The position numbers and the translations under genes are program-made. This document shows, one piece after another, positions 10,557 through 19,075 of a stretch of DNA of 64,000 nt (the first letter of the stretch is position 1; each line of letters begins with the position of its first letter). The stretch is from positions 21,947 to 85,946 of the IMG/VR virus record IMGVR_UViG_3300023174_000121, one strand, 5' to 3'. Below the pieces are notes generated by a model. That model searched no databases and had not been told where the DNA came from. It saw nothing but the letters and a program-made list of their open reading frames with translations. Source of the stretch: a virus.

Positions 10557-10840
10557 TGTATATTGTAGAGTTGATTAACAAGTATGGGTTTCCAATCATT
10601 GCTGCATTTGGACTAGCATACTTTGTTCACTACACTTGGATTTGGGTAACACTAGAAATAAAACCTGTTATTTCTAGTGCAAATAAATCACTCATCGATT
10701 TGATCGATAGAATAAGAACTCTTGATAATGATTTAATTCGACTCAATGAAAAGATCGACACAGTTCTACAACTTCGCGGCAGAACAATTGACGCAGAAAG
10801 AATAGCAGTAGACAAACAAATCAATAAAAATCAAGCATAG
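10553..10840 (+). CDS. small membrane protein, GFPI/YvrJ-like, with coiled coil (paralog of 9346-9630)
   Basis: KYGFPIIAAFGLAYFV transmembrane segment, LIDRIRTLDNDLIRL. Confidence 0.75.
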   Translation: MMYIVELINKYGFPIIAAFGLAYFVHYTWIWVTLEIKPVISSANKSLIDLIDRIRTLDNDLIRLNEKIDTVLQLRGRTIDAERIAVDKQINKNQA

Positions 10841-11322
10841 AAAATGTGTTTGCCTATTTTGGTAATCACTTTCTTATTCCATCTAGGATTTACATAATTA
10901 GCATGATAATAAAGGGCATTGTCTAGCTTCTTTATTCTATGCCCACCAACAAGAATTCTATACGCAGCTTCTTTAGATGCGATAAATTCTTGTGAATCAT
11001 ATCTCATAAGCCGACTCTTCTTTTCACATACCCAAGAGAATTGACATGTTTTGTTAACTTTTTGATAGACTGTTTTGCAAACAGTATTACCAAACTTACC
11101 AGATTTAACTCTATTAAGAGTCACTTGCGCTACTGCAAGTTTACCCTCAAAAGATTCTGTTGCTGCTTCGTAATATATGTTTTGTGCTAAACAATTGATT
11201 TGTTGTTCTGTACTAGGAGTTATCAACTGATATTTGCTCTCTACAATTCCACTATCTACCGATAATATCAAACCAAAAAATAAAAAAGATCCTAGTAAGA
11301 CTTTTATAGTCTTTAGTATCAT
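10831..11322 (-). CDS. cell wall hydrolase (SleB/Hydrolase_2 family)
   Basis: CLAQNIYYEA, AVAQVTLNRV, CQFSW, ALYYHANYVNPRW, IGKHIFY; N-terminal hydrophobic segment. Confidence 0.92.
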   Translation of the reverse strand: MILKTIKVLLGSFLFFGLILSVDSGIVESKYQLITPSTEQQINCLAQNIYYEAATESFEGKLAVAQVTLNRVKSGKFGNTVCKTVYQKVNKTCQFSWVCEKKSRLMRYDSQEFIASKEAAYRILVGGHRIKKLDNALYYHANYVNPRWNKKVITKIGKHIFYA

Positions 11323-11344
11323 CTACTTCCTTATCGAGTTTTGA

Positions 11345-11687
11345 AAGTGGTAGGTTATTCTGTTACGAGGAAACCTACCGAAACCCTAAGTGGTTATCAC
11401 GCCACTAATCTGTATTCGCTATCGTTTGCGTTTACTTGATTTGCTTCTACGGCCGAGTTGCCTCAACTCTACGGCTTTCGCATTGCCGTGTTGTCTGCAT
11501 CGATACTCTTTGCTCTGTCGAACCTAATTCGGGCCCATCATAAACATAATGTTTGGAACTTTTATTATGAGCATTATTATCTCATTCACCAGTAGACAAT
11601 ATGTTTATGGTGGACCCGGGGGAGAACTGCCCTCCCCGTCCAAAACTCATTTTTCTTTGCTTCTTTCCTTTCAGAGTTTACAACAAT
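11345..11687 (-). ncRNA. ssrA: two-piece (circularly permuted) tmRNA
   Basis: Acceptor piece ends T-arm-CGGGTCC-A-CCA at 11608. A self-pairing intervening segment follows, then the coding piece starts GGGCCCGA..TTCGAC at 11536. G3-U70 pair present. Tag (A)NDSEYRLVA** at 11429-11394. Outer ends approximate. Confidence 0.92.
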
Positions 11688-11706
11688 ACTTTTATTTAGT
11701 ATATCA

Positions 11707-12063
11707 TTATTTTACAAATGGTGCAAGGTTGGGTGATTTCCATCCCTCTGGCTTTAGCACTTTGCCATCTTCACGCTTTCGAACCTTTCCTGTGTCTTTA
11801 TCTATCTTGTCAAAATTGCTTCTTGCGACTTCACCCCATGCACCATTAACATCATAGCCTTTCATGTAGCAATAGCCAAGAATAACCCAAATCATATCCA
11901 TACATGCATCAAGTTTTTCTACTTCATCATCTTTATTGTTTGCTTGAATGAATTCATTAAACTCTTCAACAATTAGATTTCGATATAGACTTGCATTTGC
12001 TTTAGTCTTTTCTTGATCACACGCATCAATAAAAATTCGAACATCATCATACATTCTATTCAT
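11707..12063 (-). CDS. MazG/PRA-PH-like NTP pyrophosphohydrolase
   Basis: LIVEEFNEF, LDACMD, AWGEVARSNFDK, REDGKVLKPEGW. Confidence 0.85.
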   Translation of the reverse strand: MNRMYDDVRIFIDACDQEKTKANASLYRNLIVEEFNEFIQANNKDDEVEKLDACMDMIWVILGYCYMKGYDVNGAWGEVARSNFDKIDKDTGKVRKREDGKVLKPEGWKSPNLAPFVK

Positions 12064-12724
12064 ATAAAACTCCATCATATGCTTCACGGTAAGAAATAAA
12101 CTCTTTGATATAGTCATCGCGCTTTTTAATAAACACTTGCGGATGATCTGAATCAACTGCAATCATAATAACTAATTGAGTAACTGGAATTCCAGTACGC
12201 TCTTCATACATTACTGCATAAGCAGAGCATTGCATGAAATAGTTTTTAATATTAGCTTCTTTCTTTTGTTTAGAAGATGTTTTAAAATCAATGATTGAAA
12301 GTTTATTGTCATACTCTGCAATGCAATCAACACGACCAGCGACTTTCAAATGATGCGAATAGAGCGGAATCTCAATCGCATGGATGTTATTGATATGCTC
12401 ATCCATCAAAGGCTGCAATGATTTGAACATTACAAACGAATCTGGAATTGCTTTCTCTGCATACTTTTCTGAATTATTCAGATAGTCTTCACAGATTTTA
12501 TGCACTCTTGTTCCGCGACTCGATGCTTTAGTAGATATTCGATTTGCTTCCTCTTCACCAACTCTTTTACGCCAAGCAATAATATCTGCTTTGGTATGCT
12601 GTGATGTAATAGTTGTCACCGACGGATATAATTGTCCGTCGGGAGTTTTATAGAATCTTTTACCATTTACGGTTTCAGTTTCTAAGTCATAGTCAATTGC
12701 ACATGGCACATGATTAAATTTCAC
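12056..12724 (-). CDS. PD-(D/E)XK exonuclease (T4-like phage exonuclease)
   Basis: YPSVTTI, RGTRVH, AGRVDCIAEYD..LSIIDFKTS, YFMQCSAYA. Confidence 0.88.
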   Translation of the reverse strand: MKFNHVPCAIDYDLETETVNGKRFYKTPDGQLYPSVTTITSQHTKADIIAWRKRVGEEEANRISTKASSRGTRVHKICEDYLNNSEKYAEKAIPDSFVMFKSLQPLMDEHINNIHAIEIPLYSHHLKVAGRVDCIAEYDNKLSIIDFKTSSKQKKEANIKNYFMQCSAYAVMYEERTGIPVTQLVIMIAVDSDHPQVFIKKRDDYIKEFISYREAYDGVLYE

Positions 12725-12737
12725 TTTGCATAATCCA

Positions 12738-13520
12738 TTAATTTTGTATTGTGTCTTCGTATTGTAGTTTTGCTAATATGTAGTCTTTAACCAAAGAGGA
12801 TCGAACAATATCATCAGCAGTAAATTCGATTCTGGTGAATGCTTTCATGTGCATAGCAACGTCAAAGAATTTTAGAATACCTGTCTTGTCGTTTGATTTC
12901 CTTAGATCTGTTTGTCTATAGTCGCCACACCAAATAATTTTAGAGCGATATCCAACGCGAGTCATTACGGTATCAATCTCTTCGAAATTCATATTCTGCA
13001 TTTCGTCAACGATAATGATAGCATCATCAAATGACATACCGCGAATGAATGAAGTAGAAATGAATTCTACATAACCTTGCTCTGAAAGTCTAGCCCATGC
13101 ATCTTTACGTCCAAAGATTGTTTGGCAAATCTGTTGATATGGTTGCTGATAGATTTCCATCTTTTCAGTAACGTCACCAGGCAAATGACCAATCTCTCTT
13201 GATTGAACAGCGGAACGAACAACAATGATTTTATCAAATGGATTGTTCTTGTCGAGAACTTCCATTAATGATTTATACATTGCAATAAATGTCTTTCCTG
13301 TTCCAGCAACACCATGCAATGCTACGAAATAATCACCTCTATCATATGCATCAAAGAATAATTTTTGATTCTCTGTTAGTGGCTCAAACTTCTTTACATC
13401 ATCAAGTTTCAACTTCAATGTGTTATTAACTTGTCTTGGAGTTTTTGTTGACGTTTGTGGACCAGAAATTTCCAATTCATCAGATTGTGGAATTTTTGGT
13501 ACAGCAGGTTTTCTAGCCAT
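12738..13520 (-). CDS. phoH: PhoH-family ATPase
   Basis: GVAGTGKT, IGHLPG, FIRGMSF, IVDEMQN, GDYRQTDL, DIVRS. Confidence 0.95.
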   Translation of the reverse strand: MARKPAVPKIPQSDELEISGPQTSTKTPRQVNNTLKLKLDDVKKFEPLTENQKLFFDAYDRGDYFVALHGVAGTGKTFIAMYKSLMEVLDKNNPFDKIIVVRSAVQSREIGHLPGDVTEKMEIYQQPYQQICQTIFGRKDAWARLSEQGYVEFISTSFIRGMSFDDAIIIVDEMQNMNFEEIDTVMTRVGYRSKIIWCGDYRQTDLRKSNDKTGILKFFDVAMHMKAFTRIEFTADDIVRSSLVKDYILAKLQYEDTIQN

Positions 13521-13560
13521 TGAAGACCTCTTTCTAGTATTGTAATGAAGGGCTCCAACA

Positions 13561-13797
13561 TTAGAATGTATTTACATTCCCCTTAGGATGTGCAGCTTTA
13601 GCCTTAGCTAGAACTTCTCTAAATCCATTGTCTGGTTTACGAACTCCCAATCGGATTGGATCACCTAATGCTGGAGGGCTTAACATAACAGATTCGAATT
13701 GAGGATTCTCTTTTAGAAAATCATCTTTCTCACTCATTTTAAAGATTCTTTCGATTATCTCTCCAGATTCTTTATTTCTAAAATTATAAGTTGGCAT
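13561..13797 (-). CDS. FmdB-like small regulatory protein
   Basis: MPTYNFRNKESGE start; conserved position next to phoH. Confidence 0.65.
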   Translation of the reverse strand: MPTYNFRNKESGEIIERIFKMSEKDDFLKENPQFESVMLSPPALGDPIRLGVRKPDNGFREVLAKAKAAHPKGNVNTF

Positions 13798-14314
13798 TAT
13801 TAATTCCTTGCGTAAACCAATTTGGCGCAGGACGTTTAGTCCATCTTGCAATGCGCGCCTTTTCATGTATATAGTATTTTTTGTAGGATATAATTGCGTC
13901 GCCGTTCACCTTGTATATATCTGGCATTGCAGGAGTTGGCTCAGACCAACCTTCTGTACCAATATTCTTAGGCACATTCTTATATAGAACAAAGCATAAA
14001 CCTGTACGTTCTACTTTATGCACCTTTTCATATCGATAAGTATACTCTTCGCATAGATCAATTAGAAGATTACTTAACCAAATGTAATTCTCTTTAGACT
14101 TTCTTGCCCATATAGCAGATGGATGATTCTTGTGGGTTGCTTTGTACATGATTGAATCATGTAGAGGATCAGCAAGCACATTATCAATGCCATCTAATGT
14201 ACGATGCGCTGTTGATAACAATTGTCCATATTCAAGAATCATCTTGACAACATGCTTGTCCAGATGCATTCTAGCGCAATTCACTGTGTCTTTATCTAAG
14301 TAAAAGATATTAAT
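13784..14314 (-). CDS. pyrimidine dimer DNA glycosylase/endonuclease V-like protein; probable ATT start
   Basis: (M)NIFYLD...HLDKHVVKMILEYGQLLSTAH, THKNHPSAIW, PTPAMPD; GAGG RBS 8 nt before ATT. Confidence 0.8.
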   Translation of the reverse strand: MNIFYLDKDTVNCARMHLDKHVVKMILEYGQLLSTAHRTLDGIDNVLADPLHDSIMYKATHKNHPSAIWARKSKENYIWLSNLLIDLCEEYTYRYEKVHKVERTGLCFVLYKNVPKNIGTEGWSEPTPAMPDIYKVNGDAIISYKKYYIHEKARIARWTKRPAPNWFTQGINNANL

Positions 14315-14334
14315 TTTGTTTTCCTCTTACAAAT

Positions 14335-14359
14335 GAAAAGTGGCGAATGAATCGCCACT
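14335..14359 (-). terminator. putative Rho-independent terminator
   Basis: AGTGGCGA-N5-TCGCCACT hairpin with a short U-run on the minus strand. Confidence 0.55.
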
Positions 14360-14525
14360 GGTGTCTCATCAATAGTTGTCATCAATAAATTTCGCGACTA
14401 TTGGGTGAATAACACCTTCAGCTAATCCGGTAGCAGCAATGATGTACTCAATAACTTCATTGCCGGTTAAACCGAGATCCCAAGCAGTTAGTATCAGGCT
14501 TTCAACTAATGGTACTGTGTCTTCT

Positions 14526-15071
14526 TTACGTCGTAGCAACATAATCTTCTGCGTACCGACGATCTTCATAGTCGGTTACGTCCGTGTCAATTTCATCCAA
14601 AATATCGATTGGTCCGCTTACGCTAACCATGTTCGACATAGCTGTTTCGAGCGAATCCTCTTCGAACTGAGGAATCTCTACAACCTTAGCTGGCTTCACT
14701 TTAGCAACTTTGGGTGCTTTCGCAACCTTCGGTGCTTTGGGAGTAACAGCTTTAGGCACTTTGGGCTGAACTGACTTCGGATTAGATTCTACTTTCGTAA
14801 ATGTTTCTGCATCAAAACCTCGAGCAGCAATCCATTCACGCATTTCTTGCACATTCATTAGTTCGTAACCAACGACATTACGACCATCGCGGTGTGTTTT
14901 GATTATCGCACCACGCTTCTTTGCTCGCCAGAGTTCTGTCGAAATCCGATACATGCAATCATATTGCAAATCTGTTTCAATCTGATTTGGACTACAAACC
15001 CAACCGTCACCACATTTAGCCATAAGGATGATTAGACGTTCGCAAGTACGGGGTGCTTTAACTTTAGCCAT
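14526..15071 (-). CDS. hypothetical early protein with Lys/Pro/Ala repeats
   Basis: PKVPKAVTPKAPKVAKAPKVAKVKPAK linker and acidic C-terminus. Confidence 0.7.
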   Translation of the reverse strand: MAKVKAPRTCERLIILMAKCGDGWVCSPNQIETDLQYDCMYRISTELWRAKKRGAIIKTHRDGRNVVGYELMNVQEMREWIAARGFDAETFTKVESNPKSVQPKVPKAVTPKAPKVAKAPKVAKVKPAKVVEIPQFEEDSLETAMSNMVSVSGPIDILDEIDTDVTDYEDRRYAEDYVATT

Positions 15072-15290
15072 GATTAAATTCCTTTTCTCAAAAATATATA
15101 AATTACATCAAGCCGTAATGTACGGCGTCAAGATCATAAAAATGCTCGGCTTCAATCTGCGGGTTCTGATGAGGAACCTCTACATCTTCTTGGGCTTGAA
15201 GTAGAGCAACATGCAGCGCTTCGTAATTAACTAACTGAACAATCAACTGGTCGAGGGTCATTTCAATCTCCTTTCTCATCCAATACAATC

Positions 15291-15349
15291 ATTATAACAC
15301 TGTGGATCTGCGAAGTCAAGGCTTTTCTGTCTGTTGTTTTTTTACGACA
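15291..15349 (-). promoter_or_regulatory. early sigma70 promoter cassette with 18-bp palindrome
   Basis: TTGACT-N17-TATAAT; TGTTGT-N6-ACGACA at 15332-15349. Confidence 0.8.
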
Positions 15350-15587
15350 AAAGGGCGTCAAAATCGAACTTCCGCATGACAGTCTTGCCTTGTACAACCA
15401 CTGGAAACTGCTCAGGATAGAACGTATCGCCGTATTCATCAATCTCCAGAAGTTTACCAGATGCGATCCAATCTTCAATTGAAAGTTTCATTTCAGTAAA
15501 CTCATTTAGGTATTGTCGGCATTCTTGCATTGAATCAAAAGTTTTTGATTTCAAACCATTCTTAAAGTAAGGCTTTGCTAAAAACAT
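15342..15587 (-). CDS. hypothetical protein
   Basis: ORF with GGAG RBS. Confidence 0.6.
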   Translation of the reverse strand: MFLAKPYFKNGLKSKTFDSMQECRQYLNEFTEMKLSIEDWIASGKLLEIDEYGDTFYPEQFPVVVQGKTVMRKFDFDALLS

Positions 15588-15661
15588 TTTATGCAGCTCC
15601 AGTCAAAACTAATGTAATAACCGCTAACCAACCAGCAACAATAAATCCCAATACAATACGA

Positions 15662-15850
15662 TCACTCATTTACATTTTCCTCTTTATATTCCCATTGGCG
15701 AACATAAAAATGCACACCAAATGATTTCATAACATCTTCTGGATATCCAGCCCAAACAATCCATTCTTCAAAATTTTTATGTTTCTCGGAATCCCACACT
15801 TTAGGAAATCCGTATTTCCATCCAGAAGGTGGATCAACCCATACTTTCAT
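15662..15850 (-). CDS. conserved phage hypothetical protein
   Basis: DPPSGWKYGFPK motif; coupled to neighbours. Confidence 0.7.
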   Translation of the reverse strand: MKVWVDPPSGWKYGFPKVWDSEKHKNFEEWIVWAGYPEDVMKSFGVHFYVRQWEYKEENVNE

Positions 15851-16065
15851 TATTTAACTCCAAAATGATTTTTAATTGCACTTGCTGCACCAGAACTTGT
15901 CGTTTGGGTCGCATTACCTAATTCACAAACTGTAATGCATTCGTTTATAAGCAAATTAGCAAATTGCAATATAACTTTTTCATTTGCTAATACTGGTTCG
16001 CCTTTAGAGAATCCAGCAGAAAGAAATCCAGCTTCAAATGCCAAGTCTTTAATATTTTTATTCAT
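15850..16065 (-). CDS. MNERI-family small protein
   Basis: MNKNIKDLA...FANLLINECI...IKNHFGVK. Confidence 0.7.
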   Translation of the reverse strand: MNKNIKDLAFEAGFLSAGFSKGEPVLANEKVILQFANLLINECITVCELGNATQTTSSGAASAIKNHFGVK

Positions 16066-16396
16066 ATACTAACTCCATAAAATTTGTTTCCGCAGGGAGA
16101 ATTTCAACAACACAATCATGCACTTCTAATCCAGATACAATAAATTCTTTCAATATATTTTCTCCGTATTCAGTGGTACCGTACGCAAGTTTATTGCACA
16201 TGTAAACTGAACCAGAGTAGCCTTCAAAATAATATGACCGTGGATCTTCAGTAATTTTGATCACTCCAGAATTCAATCTCCAGCGCATATCAATATTACG
16301 CCATGATCCGAAGATTTTGTAAAGAATCTTGTCTCCTTCTGGAAGAACATTCCTCGTCACCTTAATCATCACCCATTTGTCTGGATAATACTGCAT
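16058..16396 (-). CDS. conserved phage hypothetical protein
   Basis: YPDKWV, WRLNSG, FEGYSGSVY. Confidence 0.7.
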   Translation of the reverse strand: MQYYPDKWVMIKVTRNVLPEGDKILYKIFGSWRNIDMRWRLNSGVIKITEDPRSYYFEGYSGSVYMCNKLAYGTTEYGENILKEFIVSGLEVHDCVVEILPAETNFMELVYE

Positions 16397-16413
16397 TATT
16401 TTTTCCTTATTTT

Positions 16414-16644
16414 TTATTCTTTAATTTCAAATCTATACTTGATCATCTCAATACATTTACCAACAGTCCAAGAAATATCACCAAAATCATCATTCTCGAA
16501 GTTTGAAACTCCAACCATTGCAACTTGTGCGAGGCAATCTTGTATTATCAGTTCGGCGAACCTTTGAAAATTATCACCTTGGATGTGTAGTTCATTTTTC
16601 GAAAATTCAGCCTGTTTAGCAAATTGTTTAATTCGTTCGTTCAT
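16414..16644 (-). CDS. MNERI-family small protein
   Basis: MNERIKQFA...FAELIIQDC...IKYRFEIKE. Confidence 0.7.
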   Translation of the reverse strand: MNERIKQFAKQAEFSKNELHIQGDNFQRFAELIIQDCLAQVAMVGVSNFENDDFGDISWTVGKCIEMIKYRFEIKE

Positions 16645-17461
16645 GATTTTTCCTTGATTTTCGCTCTTTGATTGCTCCATCCAATTCTTCAATCTGTCTC
16701 AATCGTATATCGTCCATAATATTCCAACCAATATATTCGCATGTTATATTTCGTTGTGTCATTTTCCATAACGTATCACGATACTTTTGTAATGCATCAA
16801 TCACAACATCATAATCTCGTTCTGTGGATCGGGTGTTCTTCTCCTTGAGTTTGGCTTCTACTGTTCGGACTAATTCGTAACGCGCAAACCTTTTTACAAT
16901 TTCATCCATCTCTTCCTCCGTCAGCCCGACCCACTGGCGGCGCGGGTTGGTGTACAAGTCAACAATGCGTCTTGCCAGTTCTCTGCGGCTACGCTTACCG
17001 CCGCACTCATCCCAGTCAATAATGATTTTATAAACAGTCTCCAACGCATCCAGTCCGACCCACGGGCGCGGGGCGGTGTAGAGCGATGCAATCTTTTTCA
17101 GACGCGGATTGCCTTTCTCAAAACCCGATTCAAGTTGCTGCGCATCAACACACATGGTGCGCCCAGTTTCTTCGTGCTGAAACATCCACGCCACCGGCTC
17201 CTGCTGAGTCGCTTGCGTCTCCCTGAATTGCTCCGCCGTGTCGCACCCGGTTGCTTCTTGGAATTCAAACAGTTCTGTTAAGCCAAATTCTACTACCGTC
17301 TTTCCGTCGATAGTTAACTCTGGTTGCGCCAGCCTATCGCGTAGGGCGGTGATGGCCTTGTGCTGTCTTTGGGATTGTTCTTTGTTCCCGTAATCTTCAA
17401 TGACCGGCAGATTCCATTCCAACGCTTCCAGCGCCTGTTGCATAAGTTCGCGGTCAGTCAT
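16628..17461 (-). CDS. GC-rich mosaic hypothetical protein
   Basis: MTDRELMQQALEAL, QEPVAWM, WVGL twice, EAKLKEKNT; visibly higher GC than its flanks. Confidence 0.65.
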   Translation of the reverse strand: MTDRELMQQALEALEWNLPVIEDYGNKEQSQRQHKAITALRDRLAQPELTIDGKTVVEFGLTELFEFQEATGCDTAEQFRETQATQQEPVAWMFQHEETGRTMCVDAQQLESGFEKGNPRLKKIASLYTAPRPWVGLDALETVYKIIIDWDECGGKRSRRELARRIVDLYTNPRRQWVGLTEEEMDEIVKRFARYELVRTVEAKLKEKNTRSTERDYDVVIDALQKYRDTLWKMTQRNITCEYIGWNIMDDIRLRQIEELDGAIKERKSRKNHERTN

Positions 17462-17721
17462 GATTCAACTCCAAAATGTTCTTTAATCAATTGAGCATCA
17501 ACTCCAAAATGTTCTTTAATCAATTGATCAGTTTCCCAAAGTGGATCAGCTTCATGATAACTGTACTCGTGTCTATTAACAATGTCCAAACAGTCTCGCA
17601 CAATCAACTCGGCGAATTTATATAAATGATCCATATGATGGCCAGGATTCAATTCATTAGGCGCAGTCTTGTATTTGAAACTAAACACTTCTTGCGCTAA
17701 TTCTTTAATTCGTTCGTTCAT
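17458..17721 (-). CDS. MNERI-family small protein with duplicated C-terminus
   Basis: MNERIKELA...FAELIVRDC...QLIKEHFGV twice. Confidence 0.7.
   Translation of the reverse strand: MNERIKELAQEVFSFKYKTAPNELNPGHHMDHLYKFAELIVRDCLDIVNRHEYSYHEADPLWETDQLIKEHFGVDAQLIKEHFGVES
17465..17527. repeat. tandem duplication, period 33 bp
   Basis: TCAACTCCAAAATGTTCTTTAATCAATTGA at 17465 and 17498. Confidence 0.9.
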
Positions 17722-17987
17722 CTTGGATCCATTCCTCCGTTACTAACAATGTCAGTATAACACGGATTATCTTTATTTTTCAAATAGTTCATAGCCTCTT
17801 CCCAACCTTCTTGAAAAGTATTCCAATGATCTTCCAAACTATCACTTACATATTCGCCACTAGGTTTGCGGCGTAAACTGTGTCCTGATGTTATTCCAAA
17901 GTTGGGATAACATACAGTTTCAAACACATGACGAATCGGGTCTTTGGGAAAGTCAACAGGATTACTTGTGTTTGTGTAATGTCTCAT
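17718..17987 (-). CDS. hypothetical protein
   Basis: ATGA-coupled ORF. Confidence 0.6.
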   Translation of the reverse strand: MRHYTNTSNPVDFPKDPIRHVFETVCYPNFGITSGHSLRRKPSGEYVSDSLEDHWNTFQEGWEEAMNYLKNKDNPCYTDIVSNGGMDPR

Positions 17988-18181
17988 TCTTCCTCCGAGA
18001 TATCAATATCAAAGTGTATAGCAATGCGTTCAGCATCACCATCAGTAAAGCATTGGTCAATACATTCACTGACAATCAACCGGGCGAATCGTTCAATAAA
18101 TTCTTCTTGCGTATCCCACTTATCATCGGAATCTTCTCTAGCAGCCTTTAACCAACATTCTCTAATTTGTTTGTTCATCAT
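17984..18181 (-). CDS. MNERI-family small protein
   Basis: MNKQIRE...FARLIVSECI...IHFDI. Confidence 0.65.
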   Translation of the reverse strand: MMNKQIRECWLKAAREDSDDKWDTQEEFIERFARLIVSECIDQCFTDGDAERIAIHFDIDISEEE

Positions 18182-18558
18182 TAAGTCCTTACAGCCCGAG
18201 CCCGAGCCTCTAATACATTTTCAATATTGCCTTTAACAATCACATTGGTATAGGTATCTACACAACCGCTGGCATGATCTACCACACGATTATCAGGTTC
18301 ATGATAAGTTCTAATGCGTTCATTACCGGCAAGAAATCTTTCTTTGTCTTTGTGGAAATGCTGTTGAATTCGTGCCATACACACAGCCATAGCATTGCGT
18401 TTATTATCTTCACGACTGCGACTGTTAGTACCATTAGCACTGATGCCAGTAGGTTCGTGAATACAGCGGCAACAATTTTGGTGTTTATTCCTATGTTGGC
18501 CTCCTTTACCCGTACCACTGAACCATTCAAACCTAAATTGATCCTCGGTGATTTTCAT
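18181..18558 (-). CDS. peptide chain release factor-like (RF-1 domain) GGQ protein
   Basis: SGTGKGGQHRNK, HEPTGI, RSREDNK, ERIRTYHEPDNRVVDH; no codon-recognition domain. Confidence 0.88.
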   Translation of the reverse strand: MKITEDQFRFEWFSGTGKGGQHRNKHQNCCRCIHEPTGISANGTNSRSREDNKRNAMAVCMARIQQHFHKDKERFLAGNERIRTYHEPDNRVVDHASGCVDTYTNVIVKGNIENVLEARARAVRT

Positions 18559-18851
18559 TATTCAATCCCAAAGTGTTGTTTAATCATTCTTGCAATTCCA
18601 CCATCTTGTAGAGGGTCACCAGAGTCACCGACTTCTGCACATTCACTGACAATCAACTCAGCGAACTTTTCTAATTCATCGTAGCCTACAGTAGTAGCAG
18701 GTTTATTGCCAAACCGAAAACACTCTGCTCTAGCCTGCGCTAAAAGTTGTTCAATTCGTTCGTTCATCATTCGTCCTTTATGTACAACAGTGGCGGAATC
18801 GTGAATGGCATCAACCAGTATTTTATGTTCGTCTGATGTAAGTTCATTCAT
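18558..18851 (-). CDS. MNERI-family small protein
   Basis: Internal MNERIEQLL...FAELIVSECA...IKQHFGIE. Confidence 0.65.
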   Translation of the reverse strand: MNELTSDEHKILVDAIHDSATVVHKGRMMNERIEQLLAQARAECFRFGNKPATTVGYDELEKFAELIVSECAEVGDSGDPLQDGGIARMIKQHFGIE

Positions 18852-19072
18852 TTAATTTGTTCCCATGTCAATCGAAATGCTTTGTAACAGAGCCATCGTT
18901 GGAATCGATTAGGTGGATTCTCAAGATATACATTGTAATGGATATTGTTTTTGATGCTATCGCCGAAATAGAATTTCCAATTTGGTTCTGGTGGAAGTTC
19001 AAATCTGTGAGTTTTGATACCCGTAGGTTGTATTTTACTCAAATCAACAATTACATCATTTTCTTTATCCAT
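18848..19072 (-). CDS. hypothetical protein
   Basis: Coupled ORF, PNRFQRW. Confidence 0.6.
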   Translation of the reverse strand: MDKENDVIVDLSKIQPTGIKTHRFELPPEPNWKFYFGDSIKNNIHYNVYLENPPNRFQRWLCYKAFRLTWEQIK

Positions 19073-19075
19073 GAT

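Noticed and set aside
11549-11857. 102-aa + strand ORF
   Set aside because: Antisense to the tmRNA acceptor piece and the MazG-like gene.
12056-12724. Cas4 of a CRISPR system
   Set aside because: No Fe-S cysteine set, array or other cas genes; this is the common T4-like exonuclease beside phoH.
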